In this document: positions 18,912 to 28,565 of the stretch, piece by piece
Layout: every line of letters begins with the position of its first letter
Numbering within the stretch: position 1 is the first letter of the stretch
Position numbers and translations under genes: made by a program
Notes under the pieces: model-generated
What the model was told of the DNA's origin: nothing
The model's database searches: none
Seen by the model: only the letters and a program-made list of their open reading frames with translations
Origin: Vampirovibrionales bacterium
Lineage (GTDB): Bacteria > Cyanobacteriota > Vampirovibrionia > Vampirovibrionales > JAGQHJ01
Length of the DNA: 62,264 bases
Reading direction: 5' to 3'
Assembly: GCA_025449835.1 (NCBI GenBank)
Contig: JANWIO010000057.1
Coordinates: 1-62,264, forward strand

Positions 18912-19895
18912 CTAACGAGTTAAAACAGACTCTTCAAAAGCGCCTATCTTGCGAAATTTTTGGTAGCGTTGTTCAACCAGTTCTTCAGGAGAAAGCTGGG
19001 TTAACGTGGTTAAGGAACTCAGTAAGGAGGAACGAACTGATTCGATTGTCATTTGGGGATCGTAATGGGCACCGCCTAATGGCTCAGGAATAATTCCCTC
19101 GATCATTTCAAAGGCAAACAGATCCTGGGCTGTAATTTTAAGCGACTCAGCAGCTTGTGCAGCGTATTCAGGACTTCGCCAAAGGATAGAAGCACATCCT
19201 TCAGGGGAGATAACCGTATACAAAGCATGTTCAAGCATATAAATTTCATTGGCAACGCCAATTCCCAAGGCACCACCAGAACAGCCTTCTCCCAAAACAA
19301 TGGAGACAATGGGAACTCTTAAACGAGCCATTTCCCGGATATTATGTGCAATGGCAATCCCGATCCCATGTTGTTCTGCGGCAATACCAGGGTAGGCACC
19401 AGGGGTGTCGATTAATGTTACGATGGGCATCCCAAACTTATTGGCATGGCTAAAAAGCCGCATTGCTTTACGATAGCCTTCAGGATTTGGCATCCCAAAG
19501 TTATGGACAAGGTTTTCTTTCATTCCACGCCCTTTTTGGGTCCCAACAACCATCACAGGACGATCCAAAAATTCAATAATACCCCCCACAACAGCCTGAT
19601 CATCCTGACCAGCACGATCGCCATGAAGCTCGAACCAAGTTTGGGGACTCAACTGTCGAATCACCTCAATGGCACTGGGACGTTGGGGATGTCGCGCAAT
19701 TTGAACCTTCTCTTTCGGTTGAAGATTCTTGTATACGTTCATCCGAAACGCTTCGGCTCGGGCCGAAAGCTTATCAATTTCCGATTGAAAATCAACACCT
19801 GTTTCTTCACTAATACGCATTAATTCTTCAATTTTCTCCTGTATTGTGTAAATGGGTTTTTCAAAGTCAAAGGGTTCAAATAATGGTTGGGTCAT
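18912..19895 (-). CDS. accA: Acetyl-CoA carboxylase carboxyltransferase alpha subunit
   Basis: ARHPQRP, ELHGDRAGQDD, PEGYRKAMR, DTPGAYPG, VISPEGCASILW. Confidence 0.98.
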   Translation of the reverse strand: MTQPLFEPFDFEKPIYTIQEKIEELMRISEETGVDFQSEIDKLSARAEAFRMNVYKNLQPKEKVQIARHPQRPSAIEVIRQLSPQTWFELHGDRAGQDDQAVVGGIIEFLDRPVMVVGTQKGRGMKENLVHNFGMPNPEGYRKAMRLFSHANKFGMPIVTLIDTPGAYPGIAAEQHGIGIAIAHNIREMARLRVPIVSIVLGEGCSGGALGIGVANEIYMLEHALYTVISPEGCASILWRSPEYAAQAAESLKITAQDLFAFEMIEGIIPEPLGGAHYDPQMTIESVRSSLLSSLTTLTQLSPEELVEQRYQKFRKIGAFEESVLTR

Positions 19896-19903
19896 AGACT
19901 CAC

Positions 19904-20809
19904 CTATAATTGCCGAGAAGATACTGGACCTGCCAGCGTTAAAGATTTCTGATGTAGCTGTATCAGACGATACAGCGATTCTTTCAGTTGTTGGCGTTGG
20001 ACAACCATATCCACTTGTCCGTATTTGAGAAGATAATTGGCGGTTTGAAAATCCGCAGGAAGTTTCTGACGAATGGTTTGTTCAATAACCCGACGCCCCG
20101 CAAAACCAATCCGTGCACCCTCCTCAGCAATAATAATATCGCCAAGGGTGCCATAACTAGCAGTTACGCCACCAAAGGTGGGCTCCGTTAAAACTGAAAT
20201 ATAAAGCAGGCCAGCTTCATGAAGTTTGGCTAATGCGGCGCCTGTTTTGACCATCTGCATCAGACTATAAGTCCCTTCCTGCATCCGAGCTCCACCCGAT
20301 GAGGAAAAAATGATCAGTGAAAGATTCTCTTCTAAGGCCGTCTCAATGAGTCGGGTAATTTTTTCGCCAACAACGCTTCCCATACTCCCACCCATATAAG
20401 AGAAATCCATCACGGCAAGGGCAAACTTCGTATCGCTGATTTTACCAATCCCTGTGATAACCGCTTCTTTAAGGTTGGTTTTTGCCTCAGTTTTTTCAAT
20501 TCTTTCAGCATAAGGGGCTGTGTCGGTAAAATTCAGGGGATCTTTTGGCCTTAAGGAGGCGTTGAGTTCTTCAAAACTGTCTGTTATTTGGTGAATTCGT
20601 TCCCATGAATTAATTCGGAAGTGGTAGCCACAAGCACTGCAAACCATTCTGTTTTCTTGAATGTCTTTTTTCGGGAATCGTTCAGAGCAGTTATAGCACT
20701 GAATCCAAAGGCGCTCAAAGTCGCCATCTGTTAATTTTTGGTTGACACTCTCTGGATTTAGCGAGGCTTTGTTATTTCGCTTTGATGCAAACCAATGTCC
20801 AAGAGGCAT
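19904..20809 (-). CDS. accD: Acetyl-CoA carboxylase carboxyltransferase beta subunit
   Basis: CxxC...CxxC Zn finger, GGSMGSVVGEKI, SGGARMQEG, GGVTASY, GFAGRRVIEQT; ATG 20809 after GGAG. Confidence 0.97.
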   Translation of the reverse strand: MPLGHWFASKRNNKASLNPESVNQKLTDGDFERLWIQCYNCSERFPKKDIQENRMVCSACGYHFRINSWERIHQITDSFEELNASLRPKDPLNFTDTAPYAERIEKTEAKTNLKEAVITGIGKISDTKFALAVMDFSYMGGSMGSVVGEKITRLIETALEENLSLIIFSSSGGARMQEGTYSLMQMVKTGAALAKLHEAGLLYISVLTEPTFGGVTASYGTLGDIIIAEEGARIGFAGRRVIEQTIRQKLPADFQTANYLLKYGQVDMVVQRQQLKESLYRLIQLHQKSLTLAGPVSSRQL

Positions 20810-21024
20810 AATTGTAATCTCCAAGATCGGTATTTTGGGGAGTCGTCACAAATGAAATCCATGTGAAAAAACGATTTTACCAAAAATCCTCAAAAACTCA
20901 GAAATTCATGTGATCTCAACTTTTGTACAACCGCAACGTCAGCGAAGCGTTTTTAGAATCATATCATAAGTGAATGAAAATAAAACCCTAAGCCAAGGCT
21001 TTCACAAAATTCTCTCCTGCAATG

Positions 21025-22188
21025 CTACTTTAAGAATTGTAAGGGGTTTACGGGACGTCCATTGATCCGAACTTCAAAGTGGAGGTGCGGTCCCGTTGCA
21101 TACCCTGTTGCGCCAACATAGCCCACAACTTGCCCTTTTGAGACCATTTGTCCCATACTAACAGCAACTCTCGACATATGGCCATATAAAGTACTAAAGT
21201 TTTTTCCTCTTATCGTTCCGTGGTTAATAATAACCACTTTTCCATAGCCTCCAATCCATCCAGCTTCTATAATCTTTCCGCCATCAGCAGCATGAATGGG
21301 TATACCATAAGCCGCTCCAAAATCAATACCACTATGGAACTTTTCTGTATGAAAAATAGGATGATATCGCCATCCAAAAGGAGATGTAATGGCTGCAATA
21401 ACAGGACGAATGAAAAGACCCGTGCTTCCAATAATGGCGCCGCCTTTTTTGGTAACGGCTAAAATTTGGCGCTCAATTTCTTCCGACTCTCGTTGTAATT
21501 GGTCTTCAGCCATTTCATAAGCTTGCCGACTTGTTTTTAACTTATTAACCAGAATTTTATCCAGTGACATTGCCTCTTGAAGCTGATCTTGGTAGGTCTG
21601 AATCTTTTGAATATTTTGATAGAGACGATTTTTCTCATGTACCAATGCATTTTTTTGTTCTTCTAATTGCCGAGTTTTTGCAATAAAGTCAGCATAAAGC
21701 TTTTTATCCTGGGCAAAGATGCGTTTTTTATAGTAAAAGCGGTCTAACATGGTGGTTATATTGCCCGCATCCAGCAAAGCATTTAAAAAACCAATTCGCT
21801 CTCCCATGTAGATGTTTCTTAATCGTTTGCCAACCTGTGCAGCAAGCTTTTGTTGTTCCCTAAGAATGACATCCATCGATCCTTCAAGCTGTTGCAGTTT
21901 GCCTTTATTCTGCTGAAAAAGATCTTGTTGTTCCCCCAATGAGCTTCGACTGGAGTCAAGGCGTTTTTGATTCTGAATGATGTTATAGGTGACATACTTT
22001 TCTTTAATCAGGATTTGATGCTTCAATTTTCTAATTTGTTGAATCTGCTGTTCTTTACTCCGTTTTTTCTGCTCTAAGTGGTGTAAATTTACAGCATAAG
22101 CGGTTTGAAGTAGGCCTAAAGGCACCATAAAACTGAATAGTACCCAGACTAAAAACCAAATTAAGCCATTTTTAAAAAGAGACTTCAT
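21025..22188 (-). CDS. Coiled-coil M23 peptidase (EnvC/murein hydrolase activator family)
   Basis: Signal peptide, long coiled coil, HSGIDF, LYGHMS, GPHLHFEVR (M23 metal ligands appear intact). Confidence 0.9.
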   Translation of the reverse strand: MKSLFKNGLIWFLVWVLFSFMVPLGLLQTAYAVNLHHLEQKKRSKEQQIQQIRKLKHQILIKEKYVTYNIIQNQKRLDSSRSSLGEQQDLFQQNKGKLQQLEGSMDVILREQQKLAAQVGKRLRNIYMGERIGFLNALLDAGNITTMLDRFYYKKRIFAQDKKLYADFIAKTRQLEEQKNALVHEKNRLYQNIQKIQTYQDQLQEAMSLDKILVNKLKTSRQAYEMAEDQLQRESEEIERQILAVTKKGGAIIGSTGLFIRPVIAAITSPFGWRYHPIFHTEKFHSGIDFGAAYGIPIHAADGGKIIEAGWIGGYGKVVIINHGTIRGKNFSTLYGHMSRVAVSMGQMVSKGQVVGYVGATGYATGPHLHFEVRINGRPVNPLQFLK

Positions 22189-22191
22189 TCG

Positions 22192-22299
22192 CTACCGTGA
22201 GAAAAACATTGCTAATAGTGGAACGAGCATTAAAACCAAAAAAAACCCAGCGACAATGCCAGCTACCAAACGGGAATGTTTTCGCATTAAATCCAACAT
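22192..22299 (-). CDS. Small single-pass membrane protein (~35 aa)
   Basis: MLDLMRKHSRLVAGIVAGFFLVLMLVPLLAMFFSR; stop 3 nt before the M23 gene start. Confidence 0.5.
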   Translation of the reverse strand: MLDLMRKHSRLVAGIVAGFFLVLMLVPLLAMFFSR

Positions 22300-22681
22300 A
22301 GAACTGCCACTCAGATATTTGTTATATGTTAACACTTTTGTATTGTAACGTAGATGAGAGATTCTAGACACTTTCAATACGCTTGCTTTTTTGGAACACT
22401 TGTTTAAACTTGCTTTCCTTTAATGTTAGGCGAAGCTTTTCCAAAGGGCATTTTGGGTAATCTCACTTTATCTTCTCCTCTATCCAAAGGGGTCGGCGTA
22501 ACAATCACGCTGGATTGCTTTATGACTTGAAGAAATGTTACAAATTTGTTTGTTTTTATAGAAAATATACGTTTTGATTAAAGCTTTTTGGCTTCCGAAC
22601 CGATAAAGCTCTTAATAAGAAATCCGCGTCGATATTTACTGCAAAATCTCGATTGTAAAGCGGAAAAGAGAGGTAAAGAGT

Positions 22682-22849
22682 ATGCCCCCAACCACTCGGC
22701 AAGAACAACGGGTGCCGTGTCGTAATATTTCACAGCCAATTTACTTTATTTTAAAGGGTGCGGAAAAACGAAGGGCGATGGCAACCCATAAAGCCAAAAA
22801 CTTACAACGAGAACTGGGTGTTATTCCAAAACTAACCAGCATTAAATAA
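22682..22849 (+). CDS. Small basic protein, 55 aa (below the ORF-track cutoff)
   Basis: MPPTTRQEQRVPCRNISQPIYFILKGAEKRRAMATHKAKNLQRELGVIPKLTSIK; GAGAGG SD 7 nt upstream. Confidence 0.55.
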   Translation: MPPTTRQEQRVPCRNISQPIYFILKGAEKRRAMATHKAKNLQRELGVIPKLTSIK

Positions 22850-22932
22850 ACCAACTCGTCTTCTTTGCAAACTGTACACACTTTCATTTGAAGGTGTACT
22901 GAAGATGAAAGACATTACGTATCATTTATGCA

Positions 22933-24180
22933 ATGATACTCCACATGAGTCGCATAAATGTCCTAATTGAGTCCGCTGAAGAACGTTTACAACCTTACTG
23001 GTTATCGCTAGAGAACCGATGCCACCGTATCTTTGAGCGAGTTTTAGATGGATTTGTTATCAATGGTCTCAGCGAAGAACATTTTTCTTCGGTGACGGGA
23101 TATGGCCACAATGATATGGGGCGTGAGGTCACTGATGCCATCTTTGCTCATGCGTTTCAGTCTGAAGCAGCATTGGTACGGTTACAAATGGTTTCCGGGA
23201 CCCAGGCAATTGCAATTGCTCTGAAAGCTTGTTTAAAACCTGGCTCTGGCACTCTCCTCTCTGTCACTGGGGCGCCATATGATACCCTTGAAGAAGTTAT
23301 AGGGATTCGAGGAGATAGTCCCTTCTCTATAAAACAACAAGGTATCCGCTACGATGAAATTGACCTTTTAAACACGGGAGAGTTATGCCTTGCTTTTTCG
23401 CCCCAAGAATCCGATGCGATATCCAATGCCAGTGTTGCTTTTATTCAACGTTCCCGAGGGTATCGTCTCAGACCATCACTAACCATTAAAGACATTAACG
23501 CCATGATTGAGGCCATGAAAAAGATAAACCCCAATTTGGTGGTGGTTGTGGATAATTGTTACGGCGAGTTTGTTGATTTAAATGAGCCACCAACCGTCGG
23601 CGCTGACCTCATTGCAGGGTCATTGATTAAAAATCCGGGGGGTGGGATTGTTCCAACCGGCGGGTATATTGCAGGACGGAAACATTTGGTAGACCAAGCA
23701 GCTGATATCTTAACCGCTCCTGGGATTGGAAAACATGGGGGGTATACCTTTGAATTAACCCGCACTATTCTACAAGGCCTGTATTTTGCACCCATGATTG
23801 TCAAAGAGGCTTTGAAGGGTATGAGCTTGGTGTCCAGTGTTTTTCAAGACCTGGGATATACAGTGGAACCCAAGTTAACAGAAAACCTGGCAGACATTAT
23901 TCAAGTCATTCAACTTGGCGACGGTGAAAAAGTACTGGGCTTTTGTAAAGCGCTCCAATCGGTGAGTCCCGTTGATTCCAAGTTAACACCAATTCCTGCT
24001 GTAACACCTGGTTATGCAGATCCAGTGGTGATGGCCGGTGGAACCTTTATTTTTGGATCAACCATTGAACTGTCTGCGGATGCGCCGATGCGGCCTCCGT
24101 ATGCTGTATTTTTACAGGGTGGGTTAAGCTATAGCCACACCCGATATGCCCTTAAAAAAGTACTTGAAACGCTCTTGTAA
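22933..24180 (+). CDS. Methionine gamma-lyase-like / aluminium-resistance (YnbB) family PLP protein
   Basis: GYGHNDMGRE, VSGTQAI, PYDTLEEVIG, VDNCYGEF, GSLIKNPGGGI, ELSADAP. Confidence 0.9.
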   Translation: MILHMSRINVLIESAEERLQPYWLSLENRCHRIFERVLDGFVINGLSEEHFSSVTGYGHNDMGREVTDAIFAHAFQSEAALVRLQMVSGTQAIAIALKACLKPGSGTLLSVTGAPYDTLEEVIGIRGDSPFSIKQQGIRYDEIDLLNTGELCLAFSPQESDAISNASVAFIQRSRGYRLRPSLTIKDINAMIEAMKKINPNLVVVVDNCYGEFVDLNEPPTVGADLIAGSLIKNPGGGIVPTGGYIAGRKHLVDQAADILTAPGIGKHGGYTFELTRTILQGLYFAPMIVKEALKGMSLVSSVFQDLGYTVEPKLTENLADIIQVIQLGDGEKVLGFCKALQSVSPVDSKLTPIPAVTPGYADPVVMAGGTFIFGSTIELSADAPMRPPYAVFLQGGLSYSHTRYALKKVLETLL

Positions 24181-24201
24181 TACAATTTGGCTTATTGTGC
24201 T

Positions 24202-25206
24202 TTATCGCAAGGGGGAAACACTATCCTCAAGCGGAATCAATTCAACCTCGTTCAGCATGTTTTCAGCTTCTTCCAGAATACGAACAACTTCAAAACCATT
24301 AATACCATCACTCTTAGGTTTCCGTCCCGTCTGAATGCAATTGATAAAGTGTTGACATTCCAGTTTTAACGGTTCAAGGGTGAGATACTCAGGCAGAATT
24401 TTCTCTAACGGTGTTGAATTGGAAAAGATTTGTAATTTTTCACTCCCTAATGTGTCGTCCATCACTGCTGTCCGCTCAGAACCACGAACAATCAGTTTTA
24501 CCTGTTTCACGGGATGCACCCAACTGTTATGAATGTGCCCTCGAACACCGTTATGAAAATCCAACTCTATATGGGCAATATCCACTAAGCTATCGTTACT
24601 GGTTTTTGATCCTTGGACAGAAACAACACGCTCGGGATCTTGCCCCAAAAGATACATCATCATCGAAAGGTCATGAGGTGCCAAATCCCAAAAAACACTT
24701 CTATCTGCTCGGTTTGGATTGTGATTTAAACGATCACTTTGAATATATCGGATCTCACCAAGATAATCTTCCTGGATTAATTGCTTTAAACGACTCACAA
24801 CCGGATGATACATCAGAAGATGCCCAACCATGAGTGTTTTTCCAACTTGCTCAGAAATAACATAGAGCTCTTGGGTTTCACGAAGACTAGTTGCAATGGG
24901 TTTCTCAACATACACATGTTTGTTTGCCTGCAAGGCGGCTTTTGCCAAACGGTAATGTGTATGGCTGGGTGTTGAAATCACAATGGCATCAATTTCAGGA
25001 TCCGAAATGAGATCCTCAAATTGAGAAGTTATCTTGATTCCAGGGTAGCTCTTCTTGGCTTTTGCGAGAGATTCCTTGTCCAAATCGCAGATGGAAACCA
25101 AAAATTCTAAATTGTAGAAATTCCGGACCAGATTTTTGCCCCAGTTTCCATACCCAATTAAGGCAACTTTTACAGGTGTATCCACAATCAACTCTTCACA
25201 ATACAA
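24202..25206 (-). CDS. Gfo/Idh/MocA family oxidoreductase
   Basis: IGYGNWG, HVYVEKP, DLAPHDLS. Confidence 0.92.
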   Translation of the reverse strand: MYCEELIVDTPVKVALIGYGNWGKNLVRNFYNLEFLVSICDLDKESLAKAKKSYPGIKITSQFEDLISDPEIDAIVISTPSHTHYRLAKAALQANKHVYVEKPIATSLRETQELYVISEQVGKTLMVGHLLMYHPVVSRLKQLIQEDYLGEIRYIQSDRLNHNPNRADRSVFWDLAPHDLSMMMYLLGQDPERVVSVQGSKTSNDSLVDIAHIELDFHNGVRGHIHNSWVHPVKQVKLIVRGSERTAVMDDTLGSEKLQIFSNSTPLEKILPEYLTLEPLKLECQHFINCIQTGRKPKSDGINGFEVVRILEEAENMLNEVELIPLEDSVSPLR

Positions 25207-25252
25207 TACTATGGTATATCATTATCTTACTCTACTACAGGGCCGATGAAAG

Positions 25253-26386
25253 TTGAAGTCTTCCAGAAATTTACCTTTTCATACACGCCGAGATGCTTGG
25301 GTTGAAGTAAACTTATCTGCAATTGAAGAAAATACGTTGCAACTGCGGAATTTCATTCCACCATCTGTTGAACTCATGGCTGTCATTAAAGCGGATGCCT
25401 ATGGTCATGGTGCCACCATGGTTTTGCCAACCCTTGAGGCTTCGGGGGTTTCAATGGTTGGTGTTGCTGCGATGGACGAAGCTATGCAGATTCGGGAGGC
25501 AGGCTTTAGCTTACCCATACTCGTATTAGGTGTTACCCCAGATTGGGCCATGCATTATGCTGTGGAAAATGATGTACAGATCACCATTTTCTCGCAGCAA
25601 CATTTAGATGGCCTGGAGCGGCTTTATGAAATGACCCATACTCCAACCCAAGTTCATATCAAGGTTGATACTGGGATGCATCGGATTGGTGTGGCCTGGG
25701 AAGACGCAGCAATGTTTATTCGCCATTGTCAGCAATTGCCCTCTATCCAATTAAAAGGAATTTTTAGTCATCTTGCCCATACCGAAGACAAAGGGTTTAC
25801 CGATCTCCAAATGTCCCGTTGGAATCAGGTCCTTGAAAGCCTGGAGACACTTCCGAGGTTTTGCCATTTGGCGAATAGTTCAGGAATTTGGCATTATCCT
25901 TTAGGAAAAACCAATCTGGTTCGTGCTGGTATTTCCATTTTTGGACACCCGGCAGATGCCTTACCCTTACCTGTAAAACTAAAGCCTGCCATGGGGCTGA
26001 AAGCCAGAATTGTCCATATTCACGAACTTCAACCTGGGGAAGGGGTTAGTTACAATCAAACGTTTTTAAACCAAACGTCTCAAAAAAAGCGGATTGCAAC
26101 GTTACCCTTGGGATATGCTGACGGTATTCTCAGGGGACTCTCCAATAAAATGGAAGGACTCTACCACGGAACACGCATTGCCCAAGTCGGTAATATTACA
26201 ATGGATCAGCTGATGATGGATATAACAGATATTTCAGAAGCCACGGTGGGTGATGTTGTTACATTATTAGGAGATTCAAACGGGATTTCCATCGAACTAA
26301 CAGACTGGGCTAACCACTTAAACACAATTGTGTATGAATTGATGTGTAACCTTCGGGTCAGGCTTCCTAAAACGTATGTTCGGTAG
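25253..26386 (+). CDS. alr: Alanine racemase
   Basis: MAVIKADAYGHGA, KVDTGMHRIG, LGYADG, VGNITMD. Confidence 0.97.
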   Translation: MKSSRNLPFHTRRDAWVEVNLSAIEENTLQLRNFIPPSVELMAVIKADAYGHGATMVLPTLEASGVSMVGVAAMDEAMQIREAGFSLPILVLGVTPDWAMHYAVENDVQITIFSQQHLDGLERLYEMTHTPTQVHIKVDTGMHRIGVAWEDAAMFIRHCQQLPSIQLKGIFSHLAHTEDKGFTDLQMSRWNQVLESLETLPRFCHLANSSGIWHYPLGKTNLVRAGISIFGHPADALPLPVKLKPAMGLKARIVHIHELQPGEGVSYNQTFLNQTSQKKRIATLPLGYADGILRGLSNKMEGLYHGTRIAQVGNITMDQLMMDITDISEATVGDVVTLLGDSNGISIELTDWANHLNTIVYELMCNLRVRLPKTYVR

Positions 26387-26740
26387 ATAAATTATAAGAC
26401 TAGCTCTCTTTATCCACCATATTACTAGCCCCAAATTAACAAGACGGGGGATTTTGTTGTACCAATAGAGAACTAACATGAAGAAGCACAGAATAAAGAT
26501 AAAAAGAAATATGTTTTCTTTGAAGAGATGGTAGAGAGGCTTCGCTTCTCTACCTAAAAGGCAGTTTCAAGGGAGGTCTTACCCAATGCCGACTTAAAAA
26601 TAAAGAGTATTCACAATAGTTGAGTTCCCCCTCCGAGGATTCAGTTGATTCAGTGAAACACACGAAGAGAAAGTCCTGGTTCAACACCTCAAAATTAGGT
26701 AAGAGAAGATAATCATCAGTAGGAAAGAGGAGATACTATC

Positions 26741-27415
26741 ATGGCAAGAGAAATGACGTATGGCGACTTCCAGGGGACATATGGTAGCCGTGTCCGATGG
26801 GGGGCAATTGTTGCTGGCTTTCTAATTGCAATTGTTACCCAGGTTATCCTTGGGTTACTGGGACTCGCATTTGGTTTAAGTGGTATAAACCCAACAACCC
26901 ATGCGAATGTTGCAGCCTTTGGCGTTGGTGGGGGGCTATGGCTACTGGTAACAACCATTATTTCGGCCTTCTTAGGTGCATGGGCTGCTTCCTCTTGGGC
27001 TAACATTGAATCCCGAGCTGATGGATTATTGCATGGGATTATCACATGGAGTTTGTTTATGGTGGTGACAACCTTGTTTATTGGGACTGGCGTCGGTTCT
27101 CTCTTGGGCGGCACATTCAACCTGGTTTCATCAGGACTCTCTAGCTCAGTGCCACAAAGCTATGCTGCTGCCTATGGTGGAGGTGTTGTAAGTCCAAGAC
27201 CTGCTGCCATGCCAACCAATATGCAAGCGCAAGCACCTCAAGCAACACAAGCAACACAAGCAGTTCCTAGCCGGAATGTGTCACAACCGTTGAGTTCACC
27301 CAGCCAAGTGGTGGCATGGTGGGGATTTTTCGCTTTAATTCTGTCATTGATTGCATCTGCTATTGGAGGACTTGTGGGAGTTGGTGAACGGTATAAACAT
27401 ATTTCATCAATATAA
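26741..27415 (+). CDS. Membrane protein, four predicted TM helices with an Ala/Gln/Pro-rich loop
   Basis: VRWGAIVAG, GLLHGIITW, AWWGFFALILSLIAS; GAGGAG SD. Confidence 0.85.
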   Translation: MAREMTYGDFQGTYGSRVRWGAIVAGFLIAIVTQVILGLLGLAFGLSGINPTTHANVAAFGVGGGLWLLVTTIISAFLGAWAASSWANIESRADGLLHGIITWSLFMVVTTLFIGTGVGSLLGGTFNLVSSGLSSSVPQSYAAAYGGGVVSPRPAAMPTNMQAQAPQATQATQAVPSRNVSQPLSSPSQVVAWWGFFALILSLIASAIGGLVGVGERYKHISSI

Positions 27416-27464
27416 ACATAGGATTTTGATCCCTTAGAAAGCCTAAAATTGTCCTAAAACATTG

Positions 27465-27503
27465 AATAAGGAGGAACACGAAAAGTGTATCCTCCTTATT
27501 TTT
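27465..27503 (+). terminator. Intrinsic terminator
   Basis: AATAAGGAGGA-ACAC-GAAAA-GTGT-A-TCCTCCTTATT followed by TTT. Confidence 0.75.
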
Positions 27504-27728
27504 GATGTTAAAAAGGAGATTTAAAGCCCTTATTAAGCCTCAATGTGCTCAGAACGTCGTGCCTGATTTTTTCAAGATGAACGATTTTATCGCTTTTTTA
27601 TGCTTGTTTTTTAAGTTTTATTACAAAAAATGATCAATTTTTGGCATTTTGCGCAATTTTGGCATTTTGTTTGTTTTATATATATTAAGAAAACTTGAGA
27701 AGATACAATAAATTAAGGAGAAAGAGAA

Positions 27729-28058
27729 GTGGGTTTTGCAGCAAGTCAAGCAAGATATCTAATTCTTACAGCTCGTGAAAGTGACTTGGAATTGCAAGGG
27801 CAATTTATTAACCAAGCCCGTATGTCTCTTGCAAACGTCACAGGTGCTCTGTTTACCATCAGTGCTAACCTCGAGCCTGAATCCCCTGCAGCAATTGCAA
27901 TCCAAGCAAGAATTGCAGCGATTCAAACTCTTGATAAAGCACTTGAAATGAACTTACGTCGAGTTGATACTCAACGTCAAGCCGTTCAAACAGAGATCGA
28001 AGCTGTTCAAAAAGTAATTCAGAAAAACATCCAAGATACCTTCAAAACCTTTGGATAA
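27729..28058 (+). CDS. All-helical 109-aa protein (MGFAASQAR...KNIQDTFKTFG), helix-PxxP-helix; candidate type III filament subunit
   Basis: GTG start with AAGGAG SD; P50-E-S-P53 between two long amphipathic helices; function is inference. Confidence 0.85.
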   Translation: MGFAASQARYLILTARESDLELQGQFINQARMSLANVTGALFTISANLEPESPAAIAIQARIAAIQTLDKALEMNLRRVDTQRQAVQTEIEAVQKVIQKNIQDTFKTFG

Positions 28059-28082
28059 GAAGCGTTAAAATAATGAGAGTTA

Positions 28083-28478
28083 TTGCTACGCAAGGTCTAT
28101 CTATTGGGTAAGAAGTCTTTAGGAAAAATTGGCGAAGATCTCGCTAAGGATTACTTGGAGAATACAGGATACCAAATACTTCAACGTAATTGGCGCTATG
28201 GCCGTTATGGAGAAATTGATCTCATCGCTTATTCCCCTCATCAATACTTGCTTGTATTTGTTGAGGTAAAGACTCGGCGAAATGAAAATTTTGGCGTTCC
28301 ACAGGAAGCTGTGACGCCTACAAAGCAGAGTAGGATTCGTTCACTCGCCGAAGTCTACCTCGCGACTCAAACAGATCGTCCCCCTTACACCGACGTATCA
28401 TTTGATGTTATTACCGTTACCCCTAATCTCAAGAAGGAGCAACCCCCCATTATCCACCATCTCAAATCCGCATTTTAA
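28083..28478 (+). CDS. yraN: YraN family (UPF0102) nuclease-like protein
   Basis: GKIGEDLA, NWRYGRYGEIDLIA, VFVEVKTR, EAVTPTKQ, FDVITV. Confidence 0.9.
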   Translation: MLRKVYLLGKKSLGKIGEDLAKDYLENTGYQILQRNWRYGRYGEIDLIAYSPHQYLLVFVEVKTRRNENFGVPQEAVTPTKQSRIRSLAEVYLATQTDRPPYTDVSFDVITVTPNLKKEQPPIIHHLKSAF

Positions 28479-28565
28479 GTTTCCCTATACCCCATGTCTG
28501 ACAACACACACACATTACCCTACCGAAGAACTTCTTCGGTATTTTTCTTTTTAGGAGGGGACGCA

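Noticed and set aside
27239-27262. CAAGCAACA short tandem repeat (QAT)n
   Set aside because: Ordinary low-complexity linker; the 9-nt unit keeps the frame, so not phase variation
27660-27674. TGGCA-N6-TTGT as a sigma54 promoter
   Set aside because: The -12 GC is missing and the sequence is explained by the direct repeat and T-rich motif
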